A stretch of DNA of 64,000 bases from Spongospora subterranea f. sp. subterranea (Eukaryota), in contig JAUGWO010000142.1 of the NCBI GenBank assembly GCA_049724395.1, positions 124,001-188,000 on the forward strand. The letters are read 5' to 3'. The first letter of the stretch is position 1; the number at the start of each line of letters is the position of its first letter. The notes beneath the pieces were generated by a model. The model searched no databases. It was not told the DNA's origin and worked only from the letters and a program-made list of their open reading frames with translations. Shown piece after piece: positions 25,681 through 38,864 of the stretch. The position numbers were made by a program, and so were the translations under genes.

Positions 25681-26660
25681 CGTATGTACATCCCTTCTCC
25701 CTCTGCCGAAGGGAGGTGCTGACCCTCCACCTATATTCCACATTTCTCCTGAAATGTTATATAACGAGGGTCTGATAGGTTATCAGGGAGACAGGTGAAT
25801 GGGCCTTCACTATCACAATGAATAACTCCTGTTCCTTTATCGGCTCATGGTGACGAAGCCGGGGGGACCTTTATCGGCTCAGCGAGTATTTTTTTCTGCC
25901 CGAAAACAGAGGGCTGATATTGTTGGGGCTGCCGCTGAACACTTTGCGACACTATTCTGGCGTTGATCGATGGGCGGGAAACGTTCAACAACCACCGATG
26001 GTGGATACCGCAGAGAGAAAGGGGGAAAAGGAGCAAGGAACTCGACATTGTCATTGCAAGTACAGGTAACGGTTCCCATATCGCTACAACTGGACCAATT
26101 CCAAATAAACGATCAATCCTGATGAGCTGATTCGTTCGACTCGAGACGACTTTCTATTGTTGTAGTTTAGGGAAAACCGGCGCAAAAGCGGATTAGACTT
26201 TCGCCGTTACGAGTACCTCCCCTGAGCAGGTCTCATACGGCCTGGAGACGATATCACAAGAGTCCGAGCTAAAAGGTACTCGTCCAACAAGATGAGAGGA
26301 AGGGGTTGCATCTCTTCGTCTGCTCCTCTCTTAGGTGCGCCATATCCGACGTCAATCCTACTTCCAAGTTATTTCATCACATATCGAAGCAAACATGAGA
26401 GGGAATCTGAATCGATGCATCACCGTGGGCATGGTTTGGGCTTGGCCAAACGACCTTGGCCGTTGGCACTTGTCGCCCAGTGTAATTTGTAATTATTCAG
26501 GGTACACCCCCTACAGTGGTGCATGTTACACACACACCTCCAGTCAATTGCTGTACCTAATCTCCACTTGGACACGTAACCGCAACTGGCGGAACACGCG
26601 CAGTTTATCCGAATGAGTGGTGATTGCGATCGATTATAAACAATTTGTTGATTTAGAGGA

Positions 26661-28863
26661 ATGGTGACCGAGGACGATATTGTCACCCAGGCGCCGATCG
26701 TTGAAGAGCTGCCTTCAACCAGCGCTGATACCCAGGTACGCATGCGCGCTGACTTGGTTGTTGGTGATGGCAATTGACGTATTCGGGTAGAAGGTTGATA
26801 ATGCGAGCCCGGGGACGAGACCGGAATCTACTGTCGGCGTCGATGAAGAAGGGGAACCTAATATTCCAGTATACATTGACAATCTAGACATGGAATCCGC
26901 GAATCGTCATGATAGCGACTATACTCCCGCAGATGTTGCAGCAATGGCTTCTCTCATTGATTCGATGTTAGAAGACAATAATGCAACGTGCGATGTTGAA
27001 GCGGAATTGGCGACGGAAGTCGTCGAGACGGCATCAGTTGGTGGTAATGATGCCGAAGATTGGAGACCAGTGGCGGAGCTCAATTCGACGACGGAGTCTT
27101 TGTCTAGAACGTATCCTGATGTCGAGCAAAACACGGACGAAGTTGCTGGCTCGGACGCCAGCGGGAATCAGGAGGCAATCGAAGGCATAATATTGCAATC
27201 ATCTGTCGTGGCATCTTCCCATATTGGCGTCGATGGCGATATTTCAACTCCCGATGTGTCTTGTTCCTTGCCTTCCGAAGATCGTGCATGTGCTATATCT
27301 AACGACGTGAACCCCCAAAGTAGTTCCGAAGTTCCTGTCGAGACCGTGCGTTCGTCCAGCGAAGCGAACACTGCTCAGGAGATTAAGACGGAGCCTCGGT
27401 TTTCTGGCGTATACGACCCTGATCAAGATGCCGTTGACATGGACGTGGAAGCCGACACTACCACAGCGAGCAATGGCGCTACTTCTGTGACTTCACCCAC
27501 TCTGCCTGGCAGTTATTATTCGTCGGATGGTTTGGGAATGGCGTCTCACCCCGATGGTGGATCCTTGGCCTCTTTAGAGGCTACGCCAGTGCAGTATTCT
27601 GCACACGGTCCAGCTAGAGCTCAAGTAGCTCCGTCCCCAGTAACTTCCGGTCCATCAGCGAAACCGAAGACGTCGGAGCGACCAACCCAGGCAAGACCTG
27701 GGGATAAACGAAAGAACGCTTCGAATAGTAAAGGCGCTCCTGCAAAGAAGCGTTTATCAGATCCTCCTCGTCCCGGAAACGGTCCCCCACCTCGCAAGCG
27801 TTCTTCGCCACGGGCACGCTCACCTTTCCGTCGGATACGTCGTTCGCCGTTCAGAGGCCCTCGTTCACCTCCTAGGGCAATGTCGCGTCATTCCCCTCCT
27901 CGACGTAGATCTCCTCTACGCTATCGATCCCCGTCACCTGTTGGTGCCCGGCGTCACGATAGGGATATGGAAACGCCGGAGCCTACAACTCAGATAATCT
28001 GTCTTGGAACTGCCCAAAGGTATGTTGTTTGCGTCGGGTTTGCGATTCAATTCGGTTCTGAACGCGGAATTGTGAGCAGTCGCTATGCTGCGTATTGTAT
28101 GGATATGATTCGCTCTGTAGGAATATCCTGCATGATGAGGTATTTAGACCAGCAATCATTGTCCACGGTCATGGGTGCCGTTGTCCACGGCCGATCCCGT
28201 TATGTAATCATCATCGGAAAGGAGAACGAACTGAAAGGGACCGTCAATTTCAAAGTCCTTACAGATAAGGAAAGGAAATCTGTTGCTGTCACTATAGACG
28301 AAGCCGTTGACATAATGATTGACCGGGAGCGTCCACGACCATCGTACGAGCCGCGAGGCCCCAGTTCAGAATATCGGCCTCGGGCGCCACCTCGCTACCT
28401 TGACGAACCTTCGGATTATCCGCCTGTTTCTCGGTATCCTGATCGAGTGGATGATCGCGTCTATGAGCGTGACCCATACTTATATTCCTCGCCAGCTGGT
28501 GCTCCTGCTTATTCCGCATACGATCCACGACCTCGGGAGTATTCCCCTTCAACAAGTGATCCTTATGCCCGATACCCGCCGTCTGCTCCGGCTCCGGGCC
28601 CTTATTCCCCTCCGGGCGATGCGCCTATTCATCCTCATGGAATGGCGCGTTATCAGTCAGCCTCGACACCGTCGGTTTCCGATGGATTTTCGCGATATTC
28701 TCAAGCGTATGGGGGAATAGATCCTCGTTCGCCGGCGTCAACCTATGATCCTTATGCAGCCGGCAGCCGTGTGCCGCAAAGGTCAGCATCGTCAGGTTCT
28801 TCTCCTTACCCGGCACCACGTTCACAATATTCGGGCCCTCCATCATACGACTATCAGTATTGA
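26661..28863 (+). CDS. NCOA5-like protein: acidic N-term, RS-rich region, class II aaRS anticodon-binding-like domain, Pro/Tyr-rich tail
   Basis: A short first exon MVTEDDIVTQ... (26661) splices in frame into the 657-aa ORF; domain IICLGTAQ..YAAYCMDMIRSVGIS..YLDQQSLSTVM...YVIIIGKENELKGTVNFKVL; in-frame 60-nt intron ~28020-28079. Confidence 0.75.
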
Positions 28864-29060
28864 TTCCAAATTCACAATATATCGTAGTAAATGATTACTT
28901 TAAACGAATCCGACTATACAATATCGATTCCTGAAGGCGGTTAGATGTGCGTGTAGTACCACTCGGAAGGAAAATTTCCAAAAAAATGTCGGAGACACAA
29001 GTGACGATTGCCGGTTCCGGAGTCCGCAAGGCCCTAGACAGTTGATCAGATATTGTCGAC

Positions 29061-30562
29061 ATGTCAACAACAGCATGTAAAAGGCGGCGCCTTGGCCTGC
29101 CCATAACAGCGTCGCGATCATCGCTTCCCCCATTCCTGACGTCCCTTTGGGATATGGTCGACACCGAGGATAATAACCATATTATTTCCTGGTCTCATGA
29201 CGGTACGACTTTCTCGGTTCACGACCCGGAAGCGTTCGAACTGGTGCTGATATTCGTGATATCTGTCGTGGCCCATCTATCGTTAACCTGTTTGTCTTGA
29301 CAGGTGCTGCCGACGTATTTCAAACACAATCGGTTCACTAGTTTTATCAGACAACTAAATATGTACCAGTTCGTCAGAGTAAGGATATATCATGGCGCTG
29401 TTCGTCGATGCGCCAGATTGATTGACGTTGCTCAATCTCTTTTTGCAGGTCGCAGCTGAGACCGGGAGTTGGGAATGGCGCCATGATTTCTTTCGTCGTG
29501 ATGCGCCAGAACTGATGCATAATATTCAAAGGCGCCCTCCCAATCATCAAACCGTTGCCCTTGCTAATCATAACGACAAAAATGATCTGCTTATGACGCC
29601 AATGGTTCTTCCTCACGGGCCCGAACACTCCAAATCGTTGCAACAAAGGGTATCGGGTTAGCGTTTCTCGTCATCAGCTGGTCGATCATCTCTGAAAATC
29701 GTGTCGGTGTTCTCAGATCTCGAACAACACAGAATTGCACTATTATCAGAGCTGCGTTTCGAGAAGTTGGCGCAGCAAGCGATGCAGAAACAGATTGAAA
29801 CTCTGGAGAGCCAGATTCAGGTTCGTTCCGCACCTTTCCGCTTATCTGTTCTTGCAGCCTAAGTGAATGATTTAGGGAATTTTGAATTTTCTATTCAAAT
29901 CCCCTCCGGTCGCAAACAAGACTCCCCATGATTGGGCATTAGAGCAGTTGCTGTTGGAGGACAACAGGGGCTCTGCGGTTCCAAGCTCGGTGGCCTCTCC
30001 TAACAAAGGAGTGGATACGCCAAGTTCTCAACCGGTGGTGCACGAACCCAATGGCGATATGCCCAGTCCCAGATTCTCTGAGATTCTGAGTTCCCCCGTC
30101 GACAACGATGCTCTATCCACGATTGGGCAACCGTTCGTGTTATCCCCCCCTGCTGATACTCCCACCAATCACAGCATTAGCACCGTTGATGCTCTAATGC
30201 TGGATCTCGATCTCAACATGGAACGATTCCCTGGTTGGCCTCCTCTCCCGCCTCTCACATCTCAATTACTTACAGGTTTCATACTAGATTTGCCAGATTC
30301 ATTGAGTCACTTTTCAGATTTTGATATATCGCCTGCGCCAGATATTCCTCCCCACAATGTCATATTAACACCCGACCCCTCATCAGATTGCAAACCAAGG
30401 TACGAAGCTTCTTATCGATGTTTTCGCTTTGCTGATACTTGTAGGTCAACGATCAGATCCATTGCTGTATCAGATTCGGATTCTTCAGTCATATCATGTG
30501 CCCAGTCGATGATGCAGAAACTACTCGAGGAAATGACTTCGGTGCATTCTTCTTTTGTTTGA
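29061..30562 (+). CDS. Heat-shock factor (HSF)-type transcription factor, multi-exon
   Basis: PPFLTSLWDMV...IISWSHDGTTFSVHDPEAFE..VLPTYFKHNRFTSFIRQLNMYQF...WEWRHDFFRR..PELMHNIQRR; coiled-coil exon follows. Confidence 0.92.
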
Positions 30563-31056
30563 TCAGTCGATCATGGATGTGCTAACCGTTCTCTTTACAG
30601 TCATATAAAAAATCGGGTCTGGAATCCCTATTGCCGTCGTCATATGACGGCTTCGGTTGCTGGTTTGTACGGGATGGAACTGGGAAATCTAGCGATGGCC
30701 TCTCGAACGGATCCTTGAAGGACTTCCGATCGGATCCATGGGCAATCTTGTTTTATGGCGTCAAATCGAAACCTAACCCAATCTCTTAAAATATACAAAT
30801 TAAATATCGTCTACTTATTAATCTTCGCTCGTGAATATTTCATCGTTTTTCGCAATCAAGTGATCCCATTTCTCGTTCATCGATATTCCGGTCCACTTTT
30901 GGGATGTGCGCGCGCGCCGCCGACAGTCAAACGTGCCGGCAAGGGGGTTACCTCTACAGTGTCATGGGATTGGGCCAATCCGTGCAGTGCGCCATTTTGG
31001 CTCTCCGTCAAATCACGTTGACAGGAGGACGGCAACGCGTCCTTCGCTTCCGTATC

Positions 31057-32638
31057 ATGGCTAATATTCTGATATTGGGCGGGACCGGGTTCATTGGCAG
31101 GAATCTCGTTGAATGGCTGGTTTCCGAACATATGATCAGGATTGCAACCTCATCAGAGTGTGCGACAAAACCCCACCTGTGTTGGCGTTCATGGACAAAC
31201 ACCATATCAAGCTGTTCAAATCTCAAGATAAGGTGCAGTTCATGCAGGTACGTTATATTGCAATATTCATCAGAACATTGGGTGAATGTCGTAATTGTTC
31301 AGTGCGATCTCACGAAAGAGGCCCACGTCGACAAAGCGTTCGATCTAACGGCTCATGAAGATCACAGACCCAAATGGACATATGTGATCAACTTATGCGG
31401 TTGGGCCACTGCTCTCTTGAACATCAGTTACGCCATATGTAAATTGAGGATTACTGTCAGGCGAGACCAGGTTTGCAATGTCGGACAATGACTATCGTAG
31501 TAGAATAGTGGTCACTGCAGAGAAGTGTGGGCGCAAGGCTCTCGGAAATGCTTACAAGTGGATAGAGATTTCAAGTGCAGCAGTTGTATGAGAACCAGAC
31601 GTTTATGGCGATAACCGTTGTTCTTATATAGTTCTTGTTTATTACACAGTACAAACCAGGCCCGTCGCACTCAGATGAATCGTCGCCCATCAACCCTTGG
31701 ACCAAACCGGCATTATTCCGATACGAAGCAGAGCAAGCTTTGCAAAAGATCCAGGGGCTCCCATTAGTGGTCAGCAATTTGTCGAAAATTCTTTGTCATG
31801 AACATCACACCATAGCAGATTGTCCTCAGATTCTTCGGCCGTCAATGGTGTACGGCCCTGGAGATTTAACTTCGTTGACGCCGCGTCTGTCGACAGCTGC
31901 CACCTATGCCAATGTAAAAGAGAAAATGAAAGTCTTGTGGTATCGGCGCGTCATGGCTGTTTTATGCTGGACCTTGACATTGAATGCACTCAGGTCCAAA
32001 GATCTCTGCCTTTCCGTGGTTCACGTTCAGGACCTGTGCAACGCCATCTGGCAATGCGCTCAACATTTGGATGAGGGCTCCATTGTCAATGTATCGGACA
32101 GTAATGGCTTAACGCAAGGCAAGCTTAATGCAATTCTTGAGAGCGTATTTAACATCGAGATCGGCTATATGGGAAAGATACTTTCAAATTTGGCCAAAGT
32201 CGGTGTTTTTTGTTCGAAATCCGTCGGGTTGCCGTTGATATTGTTAATAGTTGAATTTTTCATCAGTTGTTGAATCGGCTAACCAGAAGGTATGTGAAAA
32301 CTCAGACGATAGATAATTGAAATTGCGGATTGGTTAAAAGCAATTGGTCAGCATGTCCCGGCTTGGCAGGTATTATGCTCACAACATGGGATAACATCAA
32401 CCCCAATTAGTCCCTTCTTGGATGCAACTCTTCTGGGCAATAATAGCCTTAGCGTCGATGGATCAGCCATCACGTTGATGACACCTTTCACGTATATGTA
32501 TCCACAGGTAATTGTAGCTATCATTCCGCTCAAAAACGATCACATAAAACCCCTTTATAGCTAACTAAGGAGCTGCTTCTGGATCAGTTACGATATTTTG
32601 TTGACCTTGGCTTGTTTCCGAATATCATCAACTTGTGA
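31057..32638 (+). CDS. NAD-dependent epimerase/dehydratase (extended SDR family), multi-exon
   Basis: MANILILGGTGFIGRNLV Rossmann motif, EISSAAVY, LRPSMVYGPGD, VVHVQDLC. Confidence 0.9.
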
Positions 32639-32810
32639 GTTTCTAATAACCATCGCGCCCCCGTCAACCATACGCCAGTATGTTTCCAATCAATATAGAG
32701 CTATTGTATTCTTTGTTTTCCTGGCTTCTTTAAATGTAAGATAGAACTTGTGACTCATATATAAACTGCTATAAACATCTATCTCTGCAACTACCAATGG
32801 AAGTGATTCC

Positions 32811-34535
32811 TCAATCCGTAACCTCCTGTTTAGCACACCAAGCTACAGCATATTTCAAGTTGATGAGCATAAACTTCAGCGCCTTGGTCCATTTTGCCTG
32901 ACGAAATTGAGTGAAAACATATACACATTGACAATCATCGCCCATACTTCTGCATTAAACTGAAGTTTGAGCGAAACTCCATTTATCAAATCCTCCTCGA
33001 TCGGATATTGTATGACTTTACCCCCAGATCTAGCTTCGGCGAACTCGCAGTACTCTTTAAGACATGCAGCAAATTTTACCTGGCCATTGTCGTAATCAGC
33101 AAACATTATTTCAAATGCTCAGAGAGAAACGCGGCACCATTGCTGAATCAAACCTCCTATACCACCATAACTTCCCAATGCTGATATCATTTGATCCGTA
33201 TCTATTTAACGGATGAGGGATTGCATATTTCAGCTCGAAGACAAGACAACTTACAGCTCGTAGGTGGATTTGTCGCCTTTCACTCCCATACGAGAGAAAC
33301 TGCCTTTGGGGATGAGCTCATATCTACCAAAAACAACAATCAATGCCCCGTTCATTATCAGGTATGCACTACCTACTTGGAGAAAGAAAACCCTGGCGTC
33401 CGCTTTGCTATTATATCAAGAAGTAAAACAACCTGACCTAACGCAGCATTTATCTCAGCCCAATCTACCTAAAGGAACCCGTTCAGATTTTCATACGAGT
33501 GTGAGCAGATGAATACAAACCGGCTGACTAGGTAGCCGGCCTAGCCGGAATCCATTGATCGTGGCAAAATGTCCTTCATAATATATATGAAACGCATCGT
33601 CGTAGACATTGCATCGTTTCAACTGTTCCAGTTCTTGTTCGGCGCGAAAAGCTGCCTTTGTCAACGCGGCTTCCTCATATTGTCGGCGTAGCGTGGCGGC
33701 GGTCAACTCCCGTTGCTGCTTCCAGAATCTACGATAGCAACATTCAATTGACTGCAACCACCAAAATCGAGCAAAAGAGAGCACGTTTCTTCAAGATGAG
33801 AGAGGCGATCAGATTCTTCATTGAGCTTAGAAACCTCTTCTTCTAGGCCCCGTTTCATGTCCATTATTTTGTTCACGTCCTTTCAAGAAACCGTTTTCGC
33901 AGTCACTTGTCTAAACATCTTCTAATTACTATACTAAGAATTATAAAAAACTTGACATAAAACTCCCATACAGCAGCTTGGCTTTCAGGAACTTGTTCAG
34001 CGCTACGACCGCGTTCACGTTGCTGCACCTTCTCTTCAAGCGATGAAATAACTTTCTGATAAGTTTCGCATTCGGACTCCAAATCCTGCTCATACCGCTT
34101 TAGAGATATTCTTGATCTGTCAACGGCGAGTTACCGCAATTTGGCGATTTTGTTCACTTAGGACATTAGCTGAGCAGGAAAGGCATAAAGGCAAGCTTAT
34201 GGACGTCGCCTGTGATGCGATCTCAATTATATGCTCAAGAGCGCCATACAGCTGGGCATTTGATGTGGGTGAAACGTCCTCAGAGTTTGAGCTCGGCTGA
34301 CCTAAGAGCGACCAGGATCAATTGTCGTCGATTCTAAACGGCAACTAAATGAGCACATACGTAGCAGTAGCAAGGATTGTTGAACTAGTTTCTGTTCTTC
34401 TGTGGGATTTGATGGATCGATGTTCAGATTACGTAGTAGTTCATTCTCGTCAAAATCGTCATCGTCAACCTGGTCGTCGTTTTCACCATCAGAACAGGTA
34501 AAATTGATAATTACATTGCACGAGCGGCACTGCAT
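32811..34535 (-). CDS. ATG6: Beclin-1/Atg6/Vps30, multi-exon
   Basis: PLCLSC, coiled coil, [75 protein letters not shown]. 5' end uncertain. Confidence 0.92.
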
Positions 34536-34778
34536 ATTATTATTGGTTTCGTCTCGATGGTAATATGCATCAGCCGTATCACGATTTAGGTCAAATGGAC
34601 TATCGGCATATACACACGACCAACGGATAACCGTGGTTGATCGGGTTGATTGAAATGACTTTGTCGCAGCCCACACGGATAACTGACGGGACGGGCCTCC
34701 TCCATGCGTCAGGAGTCCGGGATTCGTTACATTTGCCCTGGCGCTTTGTCGGTTTGATGAAAACGCGACGCGCCGAAA

Positions 34779-35090
34779 TTGTTGGCAAAGCACAACCCCT
34801 GCACCGATTGGCGATCTGTCCAAATTCAAGTCGGGAACTGCATATACGAAATAGCCCCCAAATCCTCGAAGACAGCCGTGATGTTAATGACGGTCGAGAC
34901 TAGTATTTCACGAGTGTATATAGTCCCAGGATCAACAAATGCAGTTCGGCTCCCACTAGAGTTAATGGAGTTCGCAGATGTATTTATGAAGGAAAACGCA
35001 GACCAGCTTCCCGCTCATCGCGTTTGCGACTGCCCCATTGACCTTACGCCAAATAGCACATCACCTTTTGGCCCGATCTACTTATTATCC
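34779..35090 (+). mobile_element. Ty3/gypsy pol fragment (protease-RT linker)
   Basis: LAKHNPCTDWR (WLxxHNPxIDW-like) and EFADVF..ENADQLPAHRVCDCPIDLTPNSTSPFGPIYLLS, typical Tf2-like pol. Confidence 0.85.
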
Positions 35091-35276
35091 AACCGCTCCC
35101 GTATCGATCAAAACTTCCTGGTTTATAGTGCGACCGGCTACATCGACCTCACATGACACCATGTACAACGACGAGTAGAAGTGGTGTCACCACATGGCTG
35201 AGATCAACAGATCGCATCCAGGATAGGAGGAATGCTTTCTAAATTTCAAGTGTAAATTTGCACGACTGGTTTTCTA

Positions 35277-36759
35277 TTGCTGTACACGACGATAGTATGG
35301 TTGATTCTGGCTTGGCTACCGTACCGGCTCTTAACATCTTATGTTCCCGCACAGTGGGTGCGAGCAATGTTACAGGTAATGTTGCCCCGTCCTTCAGTCA
35401 GGGCATGCATGAAAGCGGACACGGCACGGCAAGTGGACGTCGTCATTAACCAACTCGATATTGTCGTTGGAAAATGCTCTGCTTCTGTTTCGAAGTTCAA
35501 CAAGAACCCTGATCATGAATAACCTTTGGATCATCGTGGTAACTCTGCAGATTCTTTATGCAGCCGCATATGGTGTAGGCAGCTGCAACAACGATCACGA
35601 TCTGACTATTACAGCAAATAAAATCGAAATGAAGAAAACAACGACAATGTGCGGAAGAAAATATCAGGCTAATGTAAAAAAAACTGCAGAATGCGTCCAC
35701 AATGAATCGGGTATCTCTGATGAATGCTCTCTCTGGTAAGCGGAATACTTCAATTCACGAAAAGTGCCCTAATTGATCATATAGCTACGGCCAAGATGCT
35801 GCATGCACAATGAAGGCTTGCCTGCTCGTTTGTATGATCGACTCGGCAAGCTTTAAGTGTGAGGAATGCTCATACCAGCATTGTGGAAGACAGATGCAGC
35901 AATGCGTCGGGTTTACCATCGATCCTCCTAAAGCTGAAAGCCCGATCAATATATCAACCAAATGAAAAAGAACCAGGTTTTTTTCAAATAAATGCCACTA
36001 CCTTATCGTTTATGAAATGGTCATGGAATCATCATCCGATGAAAATGTGACGAATCAGACCATTGAATGGGGTGGGTCGCGAACCTGGTCGTTGTGCCAA
36101 ATATAAGCGTGACCATGCATTGGGAGCTCGTAGAATACAATTAGTAAGGCTCTTGACTGCATACGAATGGTTCTGATGAACGTTGGCATATTGCAGGACT
36201 ATTCTCATCACGAACCCGTGTACGACGATCGGTTGGTTCGTCGTCGGTTCAGGATGCGAAGGGCTCTGTTGTCAAACCTGTAACAGGAGCTCAAGAAATC
36301 GATCCGAGTGTCGACCCACTTGGCAATCCTGGACTTTCAAAATTGTAAAAGGCAACGGCAGCATTAAGACAGCTCGCATATGGACTTCCTGCGGATGCTG
36401 GCCTGGCGAAGAATATGTTCGAATCGGCGAAAGCACAGCTACTCTCTGTGTTGAGCGTGTTGTCGATGTACGTTTGGTTTCCACCGTCAGTATCTGACCT
36501 TGACTTTGATTGCAACAGACTGTGGTGCAGATGTTTGGTCCAAAATATCTGCGAAGGTGATTTGGAGCGCCTGCTTTGGATAATGCTGCTCGTGATTGGC
36601 GTGGCTGTGCTGGTTCTCTGTATGTGTATGGCTATAATTGGGACAATTGCCCTAAAGCATTGCAGGGTCAGTACGTGGTGTGCTGCTCGTGAACAAGGAA
36701 TTACCATTTTGCAGGGACACAAAGGCACTACAATCGCCTTTGAAGCAGCAGTAGACTAA
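35277..36759 (+). pseudogene. Decayed viral-type envelope glycoprotein (bunyavirus/phlebovirus Gc-like class II fusion protein) endogenous element
   Basis: Intronless and frameshifted: hydrophobic segment, signal-like LWIIVVTLQILYAAAYG, Cys-rich ectodomain with ECVHNESGISDECSLW and CTTIGWFVVGSGCEGLCCQ, C-terminal TM LLWIMLLVIGVAVLVLCMCMAIIG; lies between gypsy fragments. Confidence 0.55.
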
Positions 36760-37634
36760 TATTTATGGTTTTGGCATGTTATTGTCGGTACGCCAGGCTC
36801 ATTATCAACATCCTTCAGCGGTCCCATGTGTTACTTCTGAAATGCGAAGCCACAGCACGTTTCGGAAGGCAATAGCTTGTTGATGTAGCATCATGACATC
36901 ATCAATGATCAATGCCCCCAGGCGGCATATACTGTGAACAAACGCCAATACACCATGCCTGATTGGCTTGTCGACTGGATCTGTAGGAGGTTTCGACTTC
37001 AAAATGTAGTTTTCTCATTGATTGCAGATCCTCACTGGCCTGTGTTTGTTTCGGGAATGCCTTATCCCATTGGAAACAGCAGTTTACAAGGATGCAAGAA
37101 GCCATAAGAAAAGATGTCGAACGAGGCTTCGGCGTGTATTCGTTTGGGCAATGCAAAGGGAAATAAAAGATTTTTTTATTGTGACGAAGGTACCTCATCA
37201 ACAGGAGGAGCAGTGACTGCAGACTGGATTCGGAATTTGACCTCATGTACCTGTATCATTGGAACCTCTCTGGTGCCTCATCCTGTGAGCACTTCGGGCA
37301 ATTGCGAATATGGTGAGGACCCTACATTTTAGACGTCTAGCGGGTCTATTAGAGATTGCAGTCTGGTTGTTGGAAGATTGAGTCGTAATCTGATTATAGT
37401 TTTTCGACTGTTGCATGGAAAGATGGGTTATCCTGTGAGTTCTTAAGCGAAAAATATGGAACTAGTTCGTAGAATCTATCATATCTCGTCGGCAGTCAAT
37501 CATGTCAAAGGCCAGCCTCTTTGCAACACCATCAGAAGCGCAAAATTGAACTCGCTGAGAAATCGCATACGGGGATGTCATTTCTCAGCGATTCCCACGT
37601 TTTGCTTCCTCTTAGGCTGCTTTTTGTAGCCCAT

Positions 37635-37831
37635 GTCGAGCGGATGAACTTGCGATGAAAGTTAGCGGACCCCAGGAAGGTCTGACCTGCGGCGACATCG
37701 TGGGGCGTCTCCCAATCGAGAATAATGTCAATTTTGGCAGGATCCAGACGCAACCCTTTATGAGAAACGAGAAAGCCCAGAAACTCTACCTCGTGCGCCC
37801 CGAAAATACATTTCTCCAACTTCGCGTACAA
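37635..37831 (-). mobile_element. Ty3/gypsy RT C-terminal fragment (inverted)
   Basis: YAKLEKCIFGAHEVEFLGFLVSHKGLRLDPAKIDIILDWETP...TFLGSANFHRKFI. Confidence 0.9.
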
Positions 37832-37967
37832 GTTCGCGCCCCATTCCCCGACAGACGACGAGCCTTGTTGTACAGTTGTCGAAATTTAAGAATGTGTTGC
37901 CTGATTTCAGTGGTTTGCGTCAGCGTTTTAAATTCGATCTTGACGTCGGTTGCGGACGGTTCCGGGA

Positions 37968-38082
37968 AGCACGACTTACTCCAAGATTACCTTGACAGTC
38001 TCGTCGTGATTTACTTGGACGACATCGAGGTTTTCTCGTCGTCAGAGGCCGAGCACGACAAGCACGTCCGCCTCATTCTATT
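37968..38082 (+). mobile_element. Ty3/gypsy RT catalytic fragment
   Basis: DLLQDYLDSLVVIYLDDIEVFSSSEAEHDKHVRLIL containing YLDD. Confidence 0.9.
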
Positions 38083-38427
38083 TCCGGAGCCGTCCGCAGC
38101 CGACATCAAGAGCGAATTTGAAACGCTGCACCGAAATCAGGCAACACAGTCTTCCACAGCTGTCCAACAAGGAAAATTACAAGTTGGATGTTAGAAAAAA
38201 GTGTAAATTTACTAAAAACCAATCAACGCCTTCCCCCTTTTGCAGATCAGAGCAGACAGGAAATTAGTAAATCCGACAGAATGGTCCATGACATGAGGTA
38301 ATGTACAGAGGCCGCGCTATTCACTGACTACAGTAAACTGCGCAGCGGATTATACTGATAGGGGTTCGATCGCTGGAAGAGTTTTCAGGAAGAAAGCGGA
38401 CGGATTCCGATCCCCGATCGAGCCGTG

Positions 38428-38864
38428 ATGAGGTTGGTCTGAATGGCGATTAGCCCAATACCGTCATGGGCGCAACGCTGATTGAGTTGTAGTGGCTCTA
38501 CTATAGAAGGTGGTATCTCACTGATGGCCGTCGACGATCCGATCCAAAGAGAATCCCCTGCTGCCACCACGATTGCGGAAAGAACCACAACGCGATATAT
38601 GACCAAATATGAAAAGGCGCGGGTATTAGGAACGCGTGCGCTACAAATCAGGTCCTCTATGCTATCGATATTGATTCATTGATGTTAATCTCGATCTTCA
38701 GCATGAATGCACCAGTGATGGTTGATTTGGAAGGAGAGACCGATCCTTTGGAAATTGCCATGAAGGAACTTCGAGAAAGAAAGATTCCTATCGTTATCAG
38801 ACGGTATCTTCCCGATGAATCCTACGAAGACTGGTCCATCTCCGATTTGATCATTGAGTTATAA
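38428..38864 (+). CDS. RPB6: RNA polymerase I/II/III shared subunit RPABC2 (Rpb6), multi-exon
   Basis: [68 protein letters not shown]; the start may lie further upstream (~38281). Confidence 0.95.

Noticed and set aside
36490..36660. HAP2/GCS1 gamete fusogen gene
   Set aside because: The Cys cluster before the TM is reminiscent, but the region is intronless, short, broken and lacks recognisable HAP2 motifs; a viral-type relic fits better, though HAP2 should be included in the profile search
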